Notes under the pieces: model-generated | Told to the model about the DNA's origin: nothing | Database searches by the model: none | What the model saw: the letters and a program-made list of their open reading frames with translations, nothing else | Assembly (NCBI GenBank): GCA_040389905.1 | Contig: JAZJZK010000031.1 | Location: 1-41,255, forward strand | Direction: 5' to 3' | Length of the DNA: 41,255 nucleotides | Origin: Gemmatimonadota bacterium | GTDB taxonomy: Bacteria > Gemmatimonadota > Gemmatimonadetes > Gemmatimonadales > Gemmatimonadaceae | Shown here: piece by piece, positions 36,261 to 41,255 of the stretch | Layout of the letters: every line of letters begins with the position of its first letter | How positions within the stretch are numbered: position 1 is the stretch's first letter | Made by a program: the position numbers and the translations under genes

Positions 36261-37457
36261 ATGAGACCAGCGACCTATTTGAAGCAGAGTGTTCGCGAGC
36301 TGCTCGTGCCGCCACGCAGCCAGCTTCCGACGCTCGACATGCTGCGAACGATTGCTGTGTCGCTCGTCATCTTCGAGCACGGGTGGGAAACGGTGGCGAG
36401 TCTGGGGGTCGCGTACGCACCACTGGTGCTGCCGATCTATCGCTTTGCATGGACAGGCGTCGACCTCTTCTTCATTCTGAGCGGGCTCCTCATTGGCAAA
36501 CAGCTGTGGAGCGAGCTCCTGCGCACCGGCAGCATCAAGGTGGGACGGTTTCTCCTGCGTCGCGGGCTCCGCATCTGGCCGCTGTATTTCCTCTTTGCGC
36601 TGCTCTCCCCGCTGCTGTGGCAGTTGCCAGGGTATCGATGGCCGGACTGGGTCTTTCTCAGCAACTATGCGTTAGGGGGGGTGAGCGGGGGCTGGTCGCT
36701 TTCCACCGAGGAGCATTTCTACATCGTGGCTCCGCTGGCGCTGCTGCTCGTGCCGCTCAGGGGGAAGCGAACGATGTGGTGGTTCGCCGCCATCCCCATC
36801 GTGTTGGTGGCGGTTCAGGTGGTTCGGCTCTTCGCCGGCCGCGCGTTGCTCGCGACCGGAATGAACATGCACGATACGAAGGCGGCGATCCACATGCCCT
36901 TCCACCTGCACAATGAAGGACTGCTGATCGGGATGCTGCTCGCACTCCTCTGGGTCACTCGCCCAGACTGGGTGCTGGGACGGGCCGGCGCTCCCCTCAC
37001 CCGGCTCCGCGCGGCAGCCATCGGCCTGGCAGTGCTCGGCCTGGTGTTGCGAGCCCTGAACCCCATGGTGTTTGCCTTTCTCAGTCTGGGCCTCGTCTAC
37101 GGCGCGATCACCTTTCTGCTGCTCGACGAACGCGCCCAACGCTGGGGGTTTGTGCGACTCCGGGGGTTCTATACGCTGTCCCGGCTGTCGTACGGCATGT
37201 ATCTGAACCATTTCGTGTTGGTACACTGGGTCGAGAAGCCCATGGCGGCATGGCTTCCAACCCTCGTCCCGCCGACGCTGGCGTCCATCCTGGGCCTCGG
37301 GATCTTCTTCGCGAGCTCGATTGCCGTCGCGGCGGTCACCTTTGTCCTCGTTGAGAGACCCTTCCTTCTGGTGCGTGAGCGATGGCTGCACGCCCACGCG
37401 AGGGAACACGGCCAGCAGTGGACGGGCGGAGCAGCCGCCGAGACGACCGCCGCGTAG
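36261..37457 (+). CDS. Acyltransferase-3 (OafA-like) membrane O-acyltransferase
   Basis: LDMLRTIAV, GVDLFFILSGLLI, RRGLRIWPLY, WSLSTEEHFY, SYGMYLNH, VERPF. Confidence 0.93.
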   Translation: MRPATYLKQSVRELLVPPRSQLPTLDMLRTIAVSLVIFEHGWETVASLGVAYAPLVLPIYRFAWTGVDLFFILSGLLIGKQLWSELLRTGSIKVGRFLLRRGLRIWPLYFLFALLSPLLWQLPGYRWPDWVFLSNYALGGVSGGWSLSTEEHFYIVAPLALLLVPLRGKRTMWWFAAIPIVLVAVQVVRLFAGRALLATGMNMHDTKAAIHMPFHLHNEGLLIGMLLALLWVTRPDWVLGRAGAPLTRLRAAAIGLAVLGLVLRALNPMVFAFLSLGLVYGAITFLLLDERAQRWGFVRLRGFYTLSRLSYGMYLNHFVLVHWVEKPMAAWLPTLVPPTLASILGLGIFFASSIAVAAVTFVLVERPFLLVRERWLHAHAREHGQQWTGGAAAETTAA

Positions 37458-37470
37458 CAGCGCATGGAAA

Positions 37471-37511
37471 ACGAAACGGGGACGCCATGGAAAATGGCGT
37501 CCCCGTTTCGT
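37471..37511. terminator. Hairpin terminator between the acyltransferase gene and tRNA-Ala
   Basis: Perfect 18-bp stem ACGAAACGGGGACGCCAT/ATGGCGTCCCCGTTTCGT with a 5-nt loop; T run on the minus strand. Confidence 0.8.
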
Positions 37512-37531
37512 CATCCAGCGTCAATGTTGCA

Positions 37532-37604
37532 TGGAGCGTACAGGGATCGAACCTGCGACCTCCTGGTTGCAAACCAGGCGCTCTCCCAGCTGAGCTAACG
37601 CCCC
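37532..37604 (-). tRNA. tRNA-Ala(TGC)
   Basis: GGGGCGT/ACGCTCC acceptor stem with G3:U70, AGCTCAGCTGGGAGAGC D arm, CCTGG-TTTGCAA-CCAGG anticodon arm, GGTTCGATCC T loop; CCA not encoded. Confidence 0.97.
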
Positions 37605-37654
37605 TAAACTTGCAGGGTGAAGATAATGCCTGACGACCCGAGCGAGAAGCGATC

Positions 37655-38104
37655 ATGACAACAGAAACGACAAAAGCGCCAGCCATCACGCTGCACTGTC
37701 CGTCGTGTGGACAATGGAACCGTATTCGCGGCGATCGAGCCGCCAGCGGCCCGAAATGCGGAAAATGCGGGCAAGCCCTCGCGCTCGATGCGCCAGTGGT
37801 TCTCGATGACGAGACATTCGACCGCGTCATCGCGCAGAGCGAGGTGCCCGTCCTCGTGGACTTCTACGCGGACTGGTGCGGGCCGTGCAAAATGATGGCG
37901 CCCGCCGTCGCGGCGCTCGCCAAGGAAGTCGCCGGTCGGGCGCTGATCGCGAAGCTGGACACGGATGCGGCCCAGCGCACGGCCAGTCGCTTTCAGATTC
38001 GCGGAATCCCCACGTCGATCGTCTTTCGTGGCGGTCGCGAGGTCGCTCGGCAGACGGGCGCCGTACCGCTCGGGACGCTGCGATCGATGCTCGGCGGATT
38101 GTAA
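37655..38104 (+). CDS. trxC: Thioredoxin 2 with N-terminal zinc-binding domain
   Basis: CPSC...CGKC plus WCGPC. Confidence 0.93.
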   Translation: MTTETTKAPAITLHCPSCGQWNRIRGDRAASGPKCGKCGQALALDAPVVLDDETFDRVIAQSEVPVLVDFYADWCGPCKMMAPAVAALAKEVAGRALIAKLDTDAAQRTASRFQIRGIPTSIVFRGGREVARQTGAVPLGTLRSMLGGL

Positions 38105-38151
38105 CAGATGTGGCCGCGTTAAGTTCGCTTCGCGTGTCAGCCGATGTGAGA

Positions 38152-38257
38152 TTGAGGAGCGGATCGAACGGATGCAACTGAAACAGCCGGATCAAGACAT
38201 TGATGCCATGTCCTTGATCCGGCTGTTTTCCGTTGCATCCGTCGAATCCGTTCCTAA
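38152..38257. repeat. Palindromic repeat, family B (best-paired copy), between convergent genes
   Basis: GGAGCGGATCGAACGGATGCAACTGAAACAGCCGGATCAAG...CTTGATCCGGCTGTTTTCCGTTGCATCCGTCGAATCCGTTCC. Confidence 0.8.
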
Positions 38258-38284
38258 CTAAGACTTCCGAGCGTTCCCCGGAGA

Positions 38285-39610
38285 TTACTCGTGAGCGGGG
38301 AGCGGCTCCATCGTCTCTGCGTCGACGGGAATCTGCACTTCATCCCGATAGGGTGAGGTCAGCATCGCGACGCGCATGCGCGGGAAGGCGTTCATGAAGG
38401 CGAGGTAGCACGTACCCCACGTACCGATGAATGCCGCGAGCACGCCGATTTCCCAGAGGCCGAACGGGTTCGAGGCAACCTCTCCGTAGAGCGACGGATA
38501 GACCTCGAGATACCGAACGAGGAACATGCCGATCAGGCTGATCGCGGTGAAGAGTGCAAGCGTCGGCCGGAACACCTTGGCCGCTTTCGAGAGGAGACCG
38601 AAGAATGGCGCGAAGAACACCATCAGGACGGCGGTAACCGAGAAGTTCACCCATGGCGCGATCAGGCGAAGCCGCGGCCAGTGCGTCTCCTCCCCGAGGT
38701 TGCCGTACCAGATAATCAGGAACTGGCTGAACGTCAGGTAGCCCCAAAACGCGGTGAAGGCGAAGCAGAGCTTGCCCAGGTCGTGGAAGTGATTCTCCTT
38801 GATGAATTCTTCCGCACCAAGGAAACGACGCCACACCAGCACGAGCAGGGTGAAGAGCGTGAGGGAGCAGAGCCACGCGCCCATGAAGAACCACCAGCCG
38901 TACAGCGTGCTTTGGAAGTGGAGCGAAAGCCCCATCGACAGATCAAATGCGAGAATCGTCCAACCGTATCCGAAAGCCAGCGCGAGGAAGACGGCGAGCT
39001 TGCCTTGCAGCGAGTGCGTGCTGTGGAGTTCGCGGCGCTCTTCGCCGAAACCAGCACGCATCTTCGCCCGAAGGCCGGCCGCCCAGTTTGCGCCCGCTTC
39101 TGGAATGAGGCCGACATCGAGGCGCACGGATGTCCAGATGTACCAAACGGACAGCAACGTGATGACGGCGAACGCGATGATGACCCGCGCCGTCACGAAG
39201 GTCCCGTTGTACCAGAGCACCTTTTCCGGAACGGGCGCTGCCTCGTGCACCCACGGGAAGATGTGGCCCTTGCCGAGGAAGACGCTCAGGAGCAAGAGCA
39301 CGAATGCAACGGGAAGGAACGCGACGTAGCCTTCCATGAAGCGAATGATCGGACGCGACCAGCGAGCCGTCGTAATGCGCTGCACCGCGACGAACATCAC
39401 GCCGGCCGACGACAGCGACGTGAAGTACAGCCAGCAGACGTGGTAGGCGCGCCACGCGCGGTCGGGATCGAACTTCAGACCGGCGAAGAAGGCGATCCAG
39501 CCGATCGCGGCCAGGGCCAGCAGCGCCGACGTCAGGGTGCTGGAAACGGGCTTGGTATACGCGCGAATGACTTCATCGCGCGTGGGAACACGTTCTGGAT
39601 GCAGGCTCAC
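38285..39610 (-). CDS. actF: Alternative complex III membrane subunit ActF
   Basis: Multi-TM; ARWS.PI.R, FDLSMGL..HFQSTLYG, HFHDLGKL.FAF..FWGYLTFSQFLIIWYGNL.EE; gene order actC-D-E-F. Confidence 0.88.
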   Translation of the reverse strand: MSLHPERVPTRDEVIRAYTKPVSSTLTSALLALAAIGWIAFFAGLKFDPDRAWRAYHVCWLYFTSLSSAGVMFVAVQRITTARWSRPIIRFMEGYVAFLPVAFVLLLLSVFLGKGHIFPWVHEAAPVPEKVLWYNGTFVTARVIIAFAVITLLSVWYIWTSVRLDVGLIPEAGANWAAGLRAKMRAGFGEERRELHSTHSLQGKLAVFLALAFGYGWTILAFDLSMGLSLHFQSTLYGWWFFMGAWLCSLTLFTLLVLVWRRFLGAEEFIKENHFHDLGKLCFAFTAFWGYLTFSQFLIIWYGNLGEETHWPRLRLIAPWVNFSVTAVLMVFFAPFFGLLSKAAKVFRPTLALFTAISLIGMFLVRYLEVYPSLYGEVASNPFGLWEIGVLAAFIGTWGTCYLAFMNAFPRMRVAMLTSPYRDEVQIPVDAETMEPLPAHE

Positions 39611-40431
39611 CGCTCGCCTCCCGGCTTGGGCGTCGTGGTGGTGGAGTCGTGTTTCGTCGTGTCCGTTGCAGCCGCGGCGGGGTACGCGTACCCGCGAGTG
39701 CCATCGGCCTGCGAACCGGCGTGCCTATAGTACGGCGAGGGGCGTGTCGGACCCGTTTGCGAGTATCCGGGCAGCTTGTCGCCCGTTTCACCCGGCAGTC
39801 CGACCGGGCCGACGGCAACCGTGTGCTTGCCCTGAAGGCCGCGGACGTAGTTCACCACGTCCCACCGGTCCATTTCTTCGATCCGGTTGTACGACGGCAT
39901 CGCGCCGCGACCGTTCCGAATAATGGCCCACAGGTAGCCGTCGCTCTTCCCTTCCGCCGACGCGCCAATGAGCGGTGGCGGAAAGATGGCTTTTGCCTTG
40001 AGGATCGGGCCATCTCCCTTACCTGCCTCGCCGTGACAGACCGCGCAGTTGATCTGGTAGTACATGCGGCCGTTGTGCAGCGAGCGCGCGTCAGCCGGCA
40101 CCGGATTCTGAATGCCCGCCATGGAGTCGAGCGCCGCGATCGACGGCGTGTGCGAATACGCGAAGCCGGGCGCGAGCGTGCCGTAGACGGGCACGGAGTT
40201 CTGCGGATTTCCACGCATAGCGACCGTGCTGTCGGCCGATTCCCACGGATCATGCTTCGGCTGTTCGCGGAAATCCGTGAACCAGGAGCAGGCGCCGAGC
40301 AGCGGCACGATGGCGAGCAAGGACAAACGACGGAACAGCGAGGTGCAGACCCCTCGACTCGCTTCGCTCGCTCCGGGTGACAATAGTTCGCCCGCTTCGC
40401 GCAGTCGGGGTGACAATAGGTTAGCGCTCAC
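39607..40431 (-). CDS. actE: Alternative complex III monoheme cytochrome c lipoprotein ActE
   Basis: Lipobox LGAC, heme motif CAVCH, GRGAMPSY, DRWDVVNYVR; GTG 40431 overlaps the end of actD. Confidence 0.88.
   Translation of the reverse strand: MSANLLSPRLREAGELLSPGASEASRGVCTSLFRRLSLLAIVPLLGACSWFTDFREQPKHDPWESADSTVAMRGNPQNSVPVYGTLAPGFAYSHTPSIAALDSMAGIQNPVPADARSLHNGRMYYQINCAVCHGEAGKGDGPILKAKAIFPPPLIGASAEGKSDGYLWAIIRNGRGAMPSYNRIEEMDRWDVVNYVRGLQGKHTVAVGPVGLPGETGDKLPGYSQTGPTRPSPYYRHAGSQADGTRGYAYPAAAATDTTKHDSTTTTPKPGGER
40343..40419. repeat. Family A repeat half plus 33-nt partial duplication inside the actE 5' region
   Basis: 40343-40384 matches 18690-18731 at 40 of 42 nt; GGGTGACAATAG occurs twice, 33 nt apart. 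Confidence 0.85.
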
Positions 40432-40921
40432 TGCGCACCTCCAATGCTCCGTGCTTCTCGAGCACCGCCTTCGCGGCGGGCGCGCGGTCAGGGCCCGCCG
40501 CGACCCAGACGCCGAAGTCGCCATGACTGAAGCGCGGGTCGTAACCGACGGTCAGTGTGAGACGAGGAATGCGCGACAGCGCCATCATGCCGAACACGGT
40601 AGAAAGCGAACCAATGAGGACCATCAGCTCGAAGCCGATGATCGTATAAGGGATCCAGCTCGCGACTGCCTTGCCGCCGACCACGATCGGCCAGTAGTCC
40701 GAGATCCAGATGGGCACCCAGTAGCCGAAGGTCAAACCCATCAGGCCACCAATCAGGGTGAAGCGACGCACCTTGCTCTCCGGTGCGGCGATGGCGTGCT
40801 CGAGCTCGTGCCGAGGCACGGGGCTGAACACGGAAATGTCGCTGAAGTTCTGCTTCCGGAGGTCCTCGATCGCGTGAACGGTCGAGTCCAGCTCGGCGAA
40901 AGCGGCAATGACGCCCTGCAT
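40421..40921 (-). CDS. actD: Alternative complex III subunit ActD (DUF3341)
   Basis: VIAAF, FSPVP, WPIVVGGK, FELMVL, YDPRFSHGDFG. Confidence 0.9.
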   Translation of the reverse strand: MQGVIAAFAELDSTVHAIEDLRKQNFSDISVFSPVPRHELEHAIAAPESKVRRFTLIGGLMGLTFGYWVPIWISDYWPIVVGGKAVASWIPYTIIGFELMVLIGSLSTVFGMMALSRIPRLTLTVGYDPRFSHGDFGVWVAAGPDRAPAAKAVLEKHGALEVRSER

Positions 40922-41255
40922 CAGTGCGATCCTCCGTCAGTGGCGCCACTCGACGGCAGCGGATGTCCGATGGAGCCGTGCGCCGCATGATGCGCTTCGG
41001 CATGCGCCTGCTTCATCCGGGGCGGCAGGATCTCCTTGATTTCGGCGATGGCCATCACGGGCATCTGCCGGATGAAGAGCAGGAACCACATGAAGAACCA
41101 GCCGAAGGAGCCGAGCAGGATGTTGTAGTCAACCCAGGTGGGGTGGTATCCGCCCCACTGCCACGGCTCGAATTCATGCGAGAGCGATGGAATGACGATA
41201 ACGAAGCGCTCGAACCACATGCCGATGTTGATGAAGATCGACAGGATGAAGAGCC
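40921..41255 (-). CDS. actC: Alternative complex III subunit ActC (NrfD family), 3' part only
   Basis: FINIGMWFERFVIVIPSL...Y.PTWVD....GSFGWF..WFLLF.R..PVMAIAEIK. Confidence 0.9.
   Translation of the reverse strand, partial: LFILSIFINIGMWFERFVIVIPSLSHEFEPWQWGGYHPTWVDYNILLGSFGWFFMWFLLFIRQMPVMAIAEIKEILPPRMKQAHAEAHHAAHGSIGHPLPSSGATDGGSH

Noticed and set aside
37471..37604. tRNA-Ala as an island integration site
   Set aside because: No integrase nearby, and I did not see a duplicated tRNA 3' end in the window.
1..41255. CRISPR array
   Set aside because: No regularly spaced direct repeats with unique spacers; the repeats found are attC sites, dispersed palindromes or coding repeats.

Overview
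GC-rich bacterial window. The gene content (several Hanks kinases, tonB-exbB-exbD-exbD, alternative complex III) suggests Gemmatimonadota; this is an inference. It has three parts. (1) 1-6400 is the decaying end of an integron-type cassette array: related attC sites, a reverse-oriented higBA cassette and small cassette ORFs, with no integrase in the window. One attC position holds a nested group II intron structure. A complete class-D-like intron (1622-3505, minus strand) has predicted exon-binding sites that read the codons of the RT catalytic motif YADD. It sits between the 5' half of a class-C-like intron and the 3' half of a class-E-like intron, and removing it fuses the two RT halves in frame. 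(2) 6400-13050 holds two secreted-protein genes and a compact RiPP locus: a small precursor ORF with seven S-x-x-x-C motifs (mostly SPxPC) in a duplicated core, then an APH-type kinase, a HopA1-like lyase and a stand-alone LanC cyclase. This resembles class V lanthipeptide machinery acting on an unusual Pro-rich multi-ring substrate. (3) 13050-41255 is mostly core genome: Ser/Thr kinases (one truncated), transporters, hppA, a TonB/Exb cluster, two-component systems, a peroxiredoxin, a MacB-type permease, a ROK regulator, an acyltransferase, tRNA-Ala, trxC and actCDEF. Two families of palindromic repeats are interspersed, and one copy appears to be translated inside the ActE N-terminus. All family calls come from motif recognition by eye; no searches were run.
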